Shown here: piece by piece, positions 26,763 to 35,160 of the stretch
Layout: the number at the start of each line of letters is the position of its first letter
Position numbering within the stretch: position 1 is the stretch's first letter
Origin: Vicinamibacterales bacterium
Lineage (GTDB): Bacteria > Acidobacteriota > Vicinamibacteria > Vicinamibacterales > JAMQPK01
NCBI GenBank assembly: GCA_963782595.1
Contig: CAWAKJ010000005.1
Span: 149,595 to 213,594 of the forward strand
Direction: 5' to 3'
DNA: 64,000 nucleotides
Notes under the pieces: generated by a model
The model's input: the letters and a program-made list of their open reading frames with translations, nothing else
Told to the model about the DNA's origin: nothing
Databases searched by the model: none
Made by a program: the position numbers and the translations under genes

Positions 26763-28417
26763 TCTCGAAGCGAGCCGGTGCATGGACGGTTGCGGCCATT
26801 CTGGTCACTACGGTGTCCTGGACGCTCAGCGGCCAGAGCGGGCCACTGACATCCGAGCGGCTGTTGCGGGCGGATCAGGAGCCAGGAAACTGGCTCATGT
26901 ATTCCGGTACGTACAACGGATGGCGTTTCAGCAGGCTGAACCAGATCACGTCGCAGAATGTGAAAAACCTGCGCGTGAAATGGCTCTTCCAGGGACGCCA
27001 CCTCGAGAAGTTCGAAACGACGCCGCTCGTCGTCGATGGGATCATGTACCTGACGCGCCCCGAGAATGCGATTTATGCGCTCGATGCGGTCACCGGGCGG
27101 CAGCTGTGGATGTACGAACATCGCAATCCCGAGCGGACGTTCAACTGCTGTGGCCGCGTGAATCGCGGCCTGGCCATGCTCGGCACGACGCTGTTCATGA
27201 ACACGCTCGACATGCATGTGATTGCCATCGACGCGAAGTCGGGACGCGAGATCTGGAAGACGGTGATGTTCGATCACACCGCCGCGGGTGGCTACGCCGC
27301 CCCGGGGGCGCCCTTGATCGTGAAAGACAAGCTGATTGTCGGCATGGCGGGCGGCGAGCGCGGCGTGAGCGGATTCCTCGACGCGTACGACCCGAAGACC
27401 GGGCAGCGGCTGTGGCGCTTCAACACGATTCCGCAGCCCGGCGAGCCGAACTTCGGCACCTGGGCCGGCGATTCGTGGAAGACCGGCGGTGCGTCTACGT
27501 GGAATACGGGGTCATACGATCCGGACACGAACACGCTCTTCTGGGGCACCAGCAACCCGTGGCCCGACTATTACGACGACATGCGCGCGGGCGACAATTT
27601 GTATTCGGCCTCTGTGCTCGCCCTCGATCCGGACACCGGAAAGCTGAAGTGGTACTACCAGTTCACGCCTCACGATGTGCACGACTGGGACGCGACGCAG
27701 AATCCGGTGCTCGTCGACGCGGAATATCTGGGACAAACGCGCAAGGTGCTGGCCTGGCCAAACCGGAACGGGTTCTTCTATCTGATCGATCGCACCAACG
27801 GAAAATTTCTCTCGGCCAAGGCGTTCGTGAAGCAGACGTGGAACGACGGGTTCGACTTCGAGCAGAACGGGCGGCCGATCGTCAGGCCGGGCAACGAGCC
27901 GACGCCGGAAGGCAACGACAAGGTGTGGCCCGGCATCGACGGCGGGTCGAACTGGATGGCGCACAGCTACAGTCCGCTCACGAAGCTGCTCTATGTCTTC
28001 GCACGGGAAGAACGCCGTGTGTACACGAAGAACGAAGTGCGCCACCCCACGACGGAACCGAACGCCGAGCCGCCGAATCGGATGCAGGCGTTCAACCGCG
28101 GGCGCGGTCCCAGATTCGCGCCCGAAGAAAGCTGGGGGAAAGCGATTGCCATCGATCCGCCCACCGGCAATATCAAGTGGGAGCATCGCGTGGTGTCCCC
28201 TCCCTGGGGAGGGTTGATGAGCACCGCCGGCAACGTCGTGTTCGGCGGCACGATGGAAGGTGTCATTTTCGCGCTGGACGCGACCACGGGCGAACGTCTG
28301 TGGACGTTCGCCAGCAACGGCGCGGTCTATGGTTCCGCGATTAGCTACCTTGCCGACGGGAAGCAGTTTGTCTCGATCCCGGCCGGCGACCTCCTGGTGA
28401 CCTTCGGGCTCGACTGA
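26759..28417 (+). CDS. PQQ-dependent alcohol dehydrogenase family protein with D-x-D signature
   Basis: Signal peptide, vicinal Cys (FNCCGRVNRG), TPHDVHDWDATQ block (D309-W-D311). Confidence 0.9.
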   Translation: MISKRAGAWTVAAILVTTVSWTLSGQSGPLTSERLLRADQEPGNWLMYSGTYNGWRFSRLNQITSQNVKNLRVKWLFQGRHLEKFETTPLVVDGIMYLTRPENAIYALDAVTGRQLWMYEHRNPERTFNCCGRVNRGLAMLGTTLFMNTLDMHVIAIDAKSGREIWKTVMFDHTAAGGYAAPGAPLIVKDKLIVGMAGGERGVSGFLDAYDPKTGQRLWRFNTIPQPGEPNFGTWAGDSWKTGGASTWNTGSYDPDTNTLFWGTSNPWPDYYDDMRAGDNLYSASVLALDPDTGKLKWYYQFTPHDVHDWDATQNPVLVDAEYLGQTRKVLAWPNRNGFFYLIDRTNGKFLSAKAFVKQTWNDGFDFEQNGRPIVRPGNEPTPEGNDKVWPGIDGGSNWMAHSYSPLTKLLYVFAREERRVYTKNEVRHPTTEPNAEPPNRMQAFNRGRGPRFAPEESWGKAIAIDPPTGNIKWEHRVVSPPWGGLMSTAGNVVFGGTMEGVIFALDATTGERLWTFASNGAVYGSAISYLADGKQFVSIPAGDLLVTFGLD

Positions 28418-28600
28418 CGTGTCTGTATAACGTACACGAACGCCCTTCCCTTTCGTCCGGCGTCCATTCCGCGCTCGAACGGCGACGTGCGCGTCGCCAA
28501 TAACCTCGTGAGCGCGCGAACTTTTCCGCATCTCGTGGCGTCTAAGGCTACGAAACGATAACCCCCAGGCCAGATCTCCGTCTTTACTATCTGGAGTCGC

Positions 28601-29647
28601 ATGATCTCAGGAAGGCGGGCTGTCATCTTTTGTCTGTCAGTGCTCACGGGCGTAGCAGCAGCCGCGCCCACCTTCGGGCTGCGCGCCGCGGCGGGCAAGC
28701 AGGTGCCGGACTCCACGAGCGGCGAGGCCGCGGCGGTCCTGAATGCCACCCGGCAGACCCTTGGCGGCGAGAAGCGCCTCGCGTCGATCAAGACCATCGT
28801 GGCGAGCGGCCAAACCCGACAATTACAAGGGGACAACCTCGTTCCCATCCTCTTCGAAATCAACATCGAGCTTCCCGATAAGTACGTCCGCACCGACGAA
28901 ATCCCGGCGCGCGAAAGTGGCCCGAGCAGCCGCGGGTTCAACGGCGACGGCCTCATTCAGTCTGGTGACGTACCGATGGGCGGACCGAGAAGGGGTGGAC
29001 CGCCACCCGGCCCGGCTGCAGCCCCATCGCGCGGACCAGATCGGGGGGCTGCCGCTGGTGACAAGGGCGCGCCTTCCGGTCCGCCAAATCCCTCCTTGGC
29101 CGTCAAGCAGGATTTTGCCCGACTGACGCTCGGCATGTTCGCGACGTCGTTCAGCGGATACCCGCTTTCGTTCGGTCACGCGGGACAGGCTGAAGCACCC
29201 GAAGGCAAGGCCGATGTGCTCGACGTGAAAGGCGCCGGCAATTTTGCGGCGCGACTCTTCATCGACAGCAAAACGCATTTACCCCTAATGCTGAGCTGGA
29301 CGACCCCGCCGAATCTCGTGCCGGTGGTGGCGGGACAGAAGCCGCCGGCAACCCTGCCTCCCGGTTCGGTCGTCTTCGAGACGCCGATGCCGCCGTCCGA
29401 GTCGGCCAGCGCGGAAGAGAAGAAAAAGTTCGAAGACGAAGCGCTCGCCTTGCGGAAGAAGGCGATGGCCTCGACGCGGCCGACGGAGAACCGCATCTAC
29501 TATGCCGATTACCGCGAGGTCGACGGCTTGCAGCTGCCGTTCCGACTCCGTCGAGCAGTCGGCGCCACGACGGTGGAGGAGACCGTCTTCGATCGGTATC
29601 GCATCAACGCGCGAGTGGATTCCAGGAAGTTCGAGGTTCGCAAGTGA
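28601..29647 (+). CDS. Secreted hypothetical protein with Pro/Gly-rich insert
   Basis: Signal peptide and low-complexity GGPRRGGPPPGPAAAPSRGP. The stop overlaps the next gene's GTG (GTGA). Confidence 0.55.
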   Translation: MISGRRAVIFCLSVLTGVAAAAPTFGLRAAAGKQVPDSTSGEAAAVLNATRQTLGGEKRLASIKTIVASGQTRQLQGDNLVPILFEINIELPDKYVRTDEIPARESGPSSRGFNGDGLIQSGDVPMGGPRRGGPPPGPAAAPSRGPDRGAAAGDKGAPSGPPNPSLAVKQDFARLTLGMFATSFSGYPLSFGHAGQAEAPEGKADVLDVKGAGNFAARLFIDSKTHLPLMLSWTTPPNLVPVVAGQKPPATLPPGSVVFETPMPPSESASAEEKKKFEDEALALRKKAMASTRPTENRIYYADYREVDGLQLPFRLRRAVGATTVEETVFDRYRINARVDSRKFEVRK

Positions 29648-32289
29648 AGTGGGTCTCGCAGGCGCTTGCCGTTGCCGCGGCGCTCGTCGTGGTGAGTCCC
29701 GCGTCAGCGCAGCAGCCACGCGAGACGCGCATGCTCATCACGGTGATCGATCAGACGAACGCGATCATTCCTGACGCGACGGTCACGGTGACGGGGACGG
29801 AGCCGGCCACGCAGAAACTCGAGCCGGCGCCCGTCAAGACAGCGCCGAACGGCCAGGCGGCCATCGGCGGCCTGACTCCGGGGCGCTATACGGCGCGTGC
29901 GGAGTTCCAGGGGTTCTATCCGGGTGTGTTGAAAGAGGTTCGGCTCCGGCCGGGCGACAACCGGCACATCATCGTGCTGCTCGTCGAAAATTTCCAGGAG
30001 ACCGTGGAGGTCAAGCAGGACGCCCAAGCGGGCGCCGCCGATCGCCGCAGCGATGCCTTCGGCTCGGTGCTCACACGAGAGCAGATGGATGCGTTGTCTG
30101 ACGACCCGGATGAGATGCAGCGGCAGTTGATGGATATGGCCGGCCCCGGCGCGGTGATGCGGATCGACAGCTTCGAGGGAGGACGCCTGCCGCCGAAGTC
30201 ACAGATCAAGTCGATTCGCGTGACGCGCGACCAGTTCGCCGCCGAGAACCACAGCGCCGACTCATTTTTCGTCGAGGTCATTACGCAGCCCGGCATCGGG
30301 CCGATTCGAACCGGCTTCAACTACGGTCTGCGCAACAGCGCGATGAGCGCGCGCAACGCGTTTCACACGACCAAAGGCGAGGAACAGGACCAGTACTACG
30401 GTTTGAACATCGGCGGCGGCCTCATCCAGAACAAGGCGTCGTTCTTCCTCCGGGTGTTCGGCAACTCGGCGTACGACACGCCGAACTCGAGCATCGCGCG
30501 CTCGACAGGTACGCGCATCGAAACGCTCAAGCAGCGGGTGCCCCGCGAGAACATGTTCGTCAACGGCAACTTCGACTGGGCCGTGACGCGCGACCAGACG
30601 CTCAGGTTCAGCTACAACCGCAACGCGTTCGTGAACAAGAACCAGGGTATCGGTGGATACGACGAGCCAGAGCGCGCGTTCCTGTTGAAGAACTACACGA
30701 ACACATTCCGCGCCCAGGAAGTGGGGCCGCTGGGCCGCCGCTTCTTCATCAATACACGGTTGAATGTGGGGTGGAGCGATTCGGAGCGCACGTCCAGCGT
30801 AGAGGCGCCGACCGTGCGCATCATCGACGCCCAGACCTTCGGCGGTGCCCAGAAGGCCGGCGGGCGGCATTCGCGCGACGTCAATTTCGCGAGCGACCTC
30901 GACTACGTCCGCGGCATGCATTCACTGCGGGTAGGAGCGGCCATCGACGTCAACTGGTTCAGGTCGGACGAATCCGACAACTACCTGGGAACCTACACGT
31001 TCGAGAACGTCGCCGCGTTTGACGCGGAACGCCCGCGTAGCTACACCCGCCGCGTTGGTGTGCCCCAGGTCGATTATTCCAACGTACAGACCGCGCTGTA
31101 TGTGCAGGACGACATTCGAATCAGGAAGAGTCTGTCGGTGACGCCAGGCGTGCGCCTCGAAAAGCAGGCGCACATGCACGGGCTGACCGTCGGGCCGCGG
31201 CTCGGTGCCACGTGGGCGCCGTTCGCGAACGGCAAGACGACACTGCGGGCGAGCTGGGGGATTTTCTACGACTGGCTGCAGACCAACACCTACGAGCAGA
31301 CGATTCGCATCGACGGCTCCCAGCAGCGCGAGATCAATATCGCGAACCCGACCTACCCGGTGCCACCGATCGACCTGGATGGCACGGCACCCGCAGATCG
31401 CTACCTGCTCGGTTCAAATCTCGAGCACCCGAAAAACTCCCGCGTCAGTGGGGGCGTCGACTACGTGTTCTCTCCGCGGTATCGGGTGAACGCGACATAT
31501 CGCTATGTGCGCGGCGCGGGATTGTTCCGCGGCCTCAACCTGAACGCGCCGGAGAACGGGATTCGGCCGAACTCGAAATTCGGCAACGTCGTCCAGGTCG
31601 TTAGCGACGGCGCGCTGCGACAGCACGTGTGGAACTTTGGCGGTCAGACCAATTTCCCACAGGAATTGGGGAGGGCGGCGCGCAAGTGGGACTTCAGACG
31701 CTTCAATTTCTTCGGCAACTACTTTCTGGCGTCGAGCGAAAACAACACCGACGGCCCGTTCAGCGTGCCGGCCACGGGCGATCTCGACCTGGAGTGGGGG
31801 AATGCGGCCCAACACGCCAGGCATCGCTTCAACGGCGGGTTCCTTACCCAGGCATACAGAGATCTGTCGGTGCAGGTGAACGTCAACGGCAATCTCGGCA
31901 CAGCCTACGGTATTCAGACGGGTTTCGACAGTAACGGAGACCTGATCTTCAACGACAGACCTGCCAGCGTGTCCAGGAACACGCTGGTGACCGATCCGAA
32001 CTGGATGCTGAACATGTTCGTCGGCTATGCGTTTACCTTCGGTCCCTCGATTCAGCTGCCGCCGGGGATTCAGTTCGGGCCCGGGGCAGGCGGGACGCTC
32101 ACCGTGACGACGGTGACGCGCCCCGATCAGGGCCGTTATCGGATGGCGGTGAACGTGTTCATCAACAACCTGACCAACCGCGCGAATCTGACGGGTTATA
32201 GCGGCGTGGAAACGTCGGAGTTTTACCGACGGCCGACCAGAGCCGACGGTGCGCGACGGATTCAGGTGAGCACGAACCTGACGTTCTAG
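29644..32289 (+). CDS. TonB-dependent-receptor-like outer-membrane barrel with carboxypeptidase-regulatory-like domain
   Basis: Signal peptide, ITVIDQTNAIIPDATVTV...GRYTA module, long barrel, terminal Phe (STNLTF). Confidence 0.75.
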   Translation: MKWVSQALAVAAALVVVSPASAQQPRETRMLITVIDQTNAIIPDATVTVTGTEPATQKLEPAPVKTAPNGQAAIGGLTPGRYTARAEFQGFYPGVLKEVRLRPGDNRHIIVLLVENFQETVEVKQDAQAGAADRRSDAFGSVLTREQMDALSDDPDEMQRQLMDMAGPGAVMRIDSFEGGRLPPKSQIKSIRVTRDQFAAENHSADSFFVEVITQPGIGPIRTGFNYGLRNSAMSARNAFHTTKGEEQDQYYGLNIGGGLIQNKASFFLRVFGNSAYDTPNSSIARSTGTRIETLKQRVPRENMFVNGNFDWAVTRDQTLRFSYNRNAFVNKNQGIGGYDEPERAFLLKNYTNTFRAQEVGPLGRRFFINTRLNVGWSDSERTSSVEAPTVRIIDAQTFGGAQKAGGRHSRDVNFASDLDYVRGMHSLRVGAAIDVNWFRSDESDNYLGTYTFENVAAFDAERPRSYTRRVGVPQVDYSNVQTALYVQDDIRIRKSLSVTPGVRLEKQAHMHGLTVGPRLGATWAPFANGKTTLRASWGIFYDWLQTNTYEQTIRIDGSQQREINIANPTYPVPPIDLDGTAPADRYLLGSNLEHPKNSRVSGGVDYVFSPRYRVNATYRYVRGAGLFRGLNLNAPENGIRPNSKFGNVVQVVSDGALRQHVWNFGGQTNFPQELGRAARKWDFRRFNFFGNYFLASSENNTDGPFSVPATGDLDLEWGNAAQHARHRFNGGFLTQAYRDLSVQVNVNGNLGTAYGIQTGFDSNGDLIFNDRPASVSRNTLVTDPNWMLNMFVGYAFTFGPSIQLPPGIQFGPGAGGTLTVTTVTRPDQGRYRMAVNVFINNLTNRANLTGYSGVETSEFYRRPTRADGARRIQVSTNLTF

Positions 32290-32380
32290 GACACAGAGGC
32301 CACAGAGACAAACGGAGGCCGCAGAGGAATTAGATCAAAATTCTCTGTGCTCTCCGTTCTACTCTGTGCTCTCTGTGTCC
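32289..32380. repeat. 92-bp composite palindrome of the CACAGAG/AACGGAGG family
   Basis: Left arm GGACACAGAGGCCACAGAGACAAACGGAGGCCGCAGAGGAATT. The right arm is its imperfect reverse complement (...CTCTGTGCTCTCTGTGTCC). Lies between convergent genes. Confidence 0.8.
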
Positions 32381-32385
32381 GGTCT

Positions 32386-33747
32386 TTATCTGACCACCAA
32401 GGGCTTCAGCGTCGTCGGCGATCCGTTGTTCTCGAACCAGTCAATCCCTTCGCTGACCAGATCGAACTTCAGCATGTAGTTGCCGGGCGTTTTCGGCGCG
32501 ACAATCTCGATGGGGACGTCGACGGTGGCGCCGGGCTTGAGCGTTTCGGGTAGCCAGGCGCGCGCGTAGTCCCGCTCGAGCAGGGTGCCGTGCTCGTCGC
32601 AGAGCTGCGCACCCAGCCTGACCAGACGCCGGCCGTACGAGGCTTTGGCGGGAAACGGGCGGCCGCAGAGGTTCTGCACCCGCGTCCTGATCTTCAGCTT
32701 CTTCGCCGCGCGCGTCTTCAGCGGGCGTGTGGGGAAGAACCGCTTTCTGACCTCGATCGTCGCCTTCGGCGTGGCGCCCGGGATGGCGTTGCCGAGGCCG
32801 GTCATGTCCCAGATCTCGTTGCGGATCGTGTCGAAATCGGGTGTACCCGGTACGAAGCGCCGTGAGAATGCGCCTTCGGGATGGTCGGTAATTTCCCATG
32901 AGAGGCGGTCGACGCCGATATCCGTGGCCACTTCGCGCGCACGATTCATCTCTTCGTCGCTGTCGTTCCATTTGAACAGAATGTAGCGCCAGTTCAGATG
33001 CGGCACGTCGCGCCGCGCCTTCCGCTTTTCTTCCGCCATCGCGCGCAGGTTCCGGATGGCGAGATCGAACTTGCCACGCTGCCGGTACTGCACGTAGGTA
33101 TCCTGCGACGCGCCGTCGATCGAAAACGTCACTTCGTCGATGCCCGAGTGCACGAGCCGGCGGGCCGATTCTTCGGTGAACATCAGGCCGTTCGTGCTGG
33201 TGTAAAGGTAGATGTGCGGAAAACGTCCCTTGATGTACTCGCACATTTCGATCGCGCGCTTGTGCAGGAACGCTTCGCCGTAATTGAAGAAATCGATGCG
33301 CACGAGCCCCGGGCCGGCTTCGTCCACGACGTTGCGGAAGAGATCGAAGTCGAGCATGCCGGCATTGCGCGTCTTGGTGATGCCCGTTTCCGGCGCGCAG
33401 CACGCTTCGGCGCACGAAATGTTGCACGCCGCCGTGCACTCGATATACAGGCGGTTTGGCAGCCGGCCGACGTCGAGCGACCGCTCCTTCGGCGTCTCGC
33501 CCCGGAGCGGCAGTTTCAGCGGGCAATCGCCGCAGAAGGCCGATCCGCCGGCGTTCAGGTCGCGGCGCAGGGTGCTGAGGCGCGTGTCATTCCAGATTTC
33601 GGAGATACTCGCGGTCCGGGCATCGCCGAGCACACGCTTGCCGTACGGGTCGGCGCAGCCGCAGACGATACGGCCGTCGCAGAGCATGACGAGCGTGCTC
33701 CACGGCCACGTGCACTGGAATCGGGTTGCCAGGTAATTCAGCGACAC
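32386..33747 (-). CDS. Radical SAM superfamily protein: N-terminal SPASM-like Cys domain, C-terminal Ig-like domain
   Basis: Core motifs YGEAFL, STNGLMF and FSIDGAS. Cys cluster ECTAACNISCAEACC. N-terminal CDGRIVCGC...FCGDCPL. GTG start. Confidence 0.75.
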   Translation of the reverse strand: MSLNYLATRFQCTWPWSTLVMLCDGRIVCGCADPYGKRVLGDARTASISEIWNDTRLSTLRRDLNAGGSAFCGDCPLKLPLRGETPKERSLDVGRLPNRLYIECTAACNISCAEACCAPETGITKTRNAGMLDFDLFRNVVDEAGPGLVRIDFFNYGEAFLHKRAIEMCEYIKGRFPHIYLYTSTNGLMFTEESARRLVHSGIDEVTFSIDGASQDTYVQYRQRGKFDLAIRNLRAMAEEKRKARRDVPHLNWRYILFKWNDSDEEMNRAREVATDIGVDRLSWEITDHPEGAFSRRFVPGTPDFDTIRNEIWDMTGLGNAIPGATPKATIEVRKRFFPTRPLKTRAAKKLKIRTRVQNLCGRPFPAKASYGRRLVRLGAQLCDEHGTLLERDYARAWLPETLKPGATVDVPIEIVAPKTPGNYMLKFDLVSEGIDWFENNGSPTTLKPLVVR

Positions 33748-33849
33748 AGAACCGTATCCTTTACCACAGAGGAGATCCTCGAACGGAGGAAATACAAAGA
33801 GGAATGTGCCTCTTCTTTTTCCTCAGGTCTGAAATGGCGGCCTCTGTGG
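33743..33849. repeat. Degenerate second copy of the CACAGAG/AACGGAGG element
   Basis: GACACAGA, CCACAGAGG, AACGGAGG and AGAGGAAT occur in the same order as in 32289-32330. The right end is CCTCTGTGG. It overlaps the radical SAM start codon. Confidence 0.6.
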
Positions 33850-33862
33850 TGAATGACAAGCA

Positions 33863-34129
33863 TCATTTTTTCGTTAATTTCCTCATAAGCGCCTCAGCCC
33901 GGTCGTTTTCGTACTTGACCGAGTTCAGGAACAGGCTTTCGGCCAGGTAGGCACGGCGCTCGTCGTCGGTCATCTGCTCGATGAGCAGTTTGATCTCCTG
34001 AATCATATCCTCGAACGATCGCTCGAAGTTCCGCTTGACGGTAATCTCCCGGTACAGCGTTTCGAGGACGGCCAGCAGATCGCCGTCCAGGGGGATGCTC
34101 GCGCCGGTGGTGGTCTTTATGCTGCGCAT
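33863..34129 (-). CDS. Hypothetical 88-aa helical protein
   Basis: ORF starts 10 nt after the STAS stop. Visibly lower GC than its neighbours. No Cys, TM segment or recognisable motif. Confidence 0.45.
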   Translation of the reverse strand: MRSIKTTTGASIPLDGDLLAVLETLYREITVKRNFERSFEDMIQEIKLLIEQMTDDERRAYLAESLFLNSVKYENDRAEALMRKLTKK

Positions 34130-34139
34130 GATCGGCCTC

Positions 34140-34475
34140 TCAGAAGCTGCTCACGGCTGCGGCGGCGTCTGGGTGGATCTCCATGAACTGGTTCGCGCCC
34201 GTCAGCGTCAGCATCGTCTCGACCCGGCGCTGCACGCCGGCGAGCTTCAGCGTGGCGCCGGCGGCCGTGGCCTGCCGGTACAGGTCCATCAGGCAGCCAA
34301 TCGCCGCACTGTCGAGATACTCGACCCCCCCGAGGTTGATGACGATCTTGCGCGAGCCTTTGGCGATTTCGCCCGTCACCGTCGTCGAAAACTGGGACAG
34401 GGACGGATGCACGAGCCGCGCAGGCCCTGCGTGCACGACGACGACGTCTCCGGATTGCTCGCTGGTCACGCTCAT
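34140..34475 (-). CDS. STAS-domain anti-sigma-factor antagonist (SpoIIAA/RsbV-like)
   Basis: INLGGVEYLDSAAIGCL and LKLAGVQRRVETMLTLTG patterns. Confidence 0.8.
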   Translation of the reverse strand: MSVTSEQSGDVVVVHAGPARLVHPSLSQFSTTVTGEIAKGSRKIVINLGGVEYLDSAAIGCLMDLYRQATAAGATLKLAGVQRRVETMLTLTGANQFMEIHPDAAAAVSSF

Positions 34476-34493
34476 GAGTGCTCCCGCGTATGG

Positions 34494-34523
34494 GTAGGGC
34501 GGGTCTTATAAAACCCGCCCTAC
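34494..34523. repeat. REP-like palindrome GTAGGGCGGGT / ACCCGCCCTAC (copy 3)
   Basis: 11-bp stem with loop CTTATAAA. Overlaps the sigma-factor stop codon at 34520-34522. Confidence 0.6.
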
Positions 34524-35086
34524 GTGTATCCCTTTTCTCTCCGCAGCGCTTCGATTTGTCTCGCCAGCTCGGCGCGTCCCCGATTGATGCGCGATTTCAC
34601 GGTCCCTTCCGCCACGCCGAGCTCGTCTGCGATTTCCTGGTATGACAGCTCGTGGATGTCGCGCAGGAGCACCGCTGCGCGGAGAGGCGGCGAGAGGGCC
34701 CGCAGCGCCTCGCGCAGCAACGCGACACGATCCTGCAGCTCGACGCGCGCGTGCGCGTTCGGCCCAGGCGCTTCGGCCGGCACCGTCGACGCGTCGACGT
34801 CGCGCGCGAACACCTCACGATCGCGCCTGCCGCTGCGGTAGCGATCGATGCAGAAGTTCCGGCTCACGCTGATGAGCCAGGTCTGAAAATTCGCGCGACG
34901 GTCGAACGTATTGAGCGAGCGGAAGACCTTGAGGAAGATCTCCTGCGTCAGATCTTCCGCTTCTTCGTAGGTGCCGACGAACCGGTATGCGACGTTGAAC
35001 ACCTTCCGCCGGTAGGTCCTCACGATCGTTTCCCACGCGGCTTGGTCTCCCTCAGCCGCGCGCTGGATGGTCGCTTCGATGGACAC
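34520..35086 (-). CDS. ECF-type RNA polymerase sigma factor
   Basis: Region 2 (DLTQEIFLKVFRSL) and region 4 (LSYQEIADELGVAEGTVKSRINRG). Start set at GTG 35086. The longer ORF to 35317 is Arg-rich and overlaps lysA on the other strand. Confidence 0.75.
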   Translation of the reverse strand: MSIEATIQRAAEGDQAAWETIVRTYRRKVFNVAYRFVGTYEEAEDLTQEIFLKVFRSLNTFDRRANFQTWLISVSRNFCIDRYRSGRRDREVFARDVDASTVPAEAPGPNAHARVELQDRVALLREALRALSPPLRAAVLLRDIHELSYQEIADELGVAEGTVKSRINRGRAELARQIEALRREKGYT

Positions 35087-35160
35087 CGGCGACCCTGATG
35101 ATAGCTGATTCTGGCTGGGCGGAGGGCGGCGGCCCTGCCGCGTGATGTAAGATCGTCGCC

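Noticed and set aside
26782-28344. 520-aa same-strand alternative-frame ORF inside the PQQ dehydrogenase. Analogous ORFs lie at 23173-24252, 32441-33526 and 42323-43327.
   Set aside because: These are out-of-frame readings of well-supported genes, with Arg/Gly-rich low-complexity composition.
32289-33849. The composite palindromes flanking the radical SAM gene as integron attC sites.
   Set aside because: No intI-type integrase is adjacent and no GTTRRRY core sites occur at the element ends. The only tyrosine recombinase (47604-48536) sits in a housekeeping xerC context 14 kb away.
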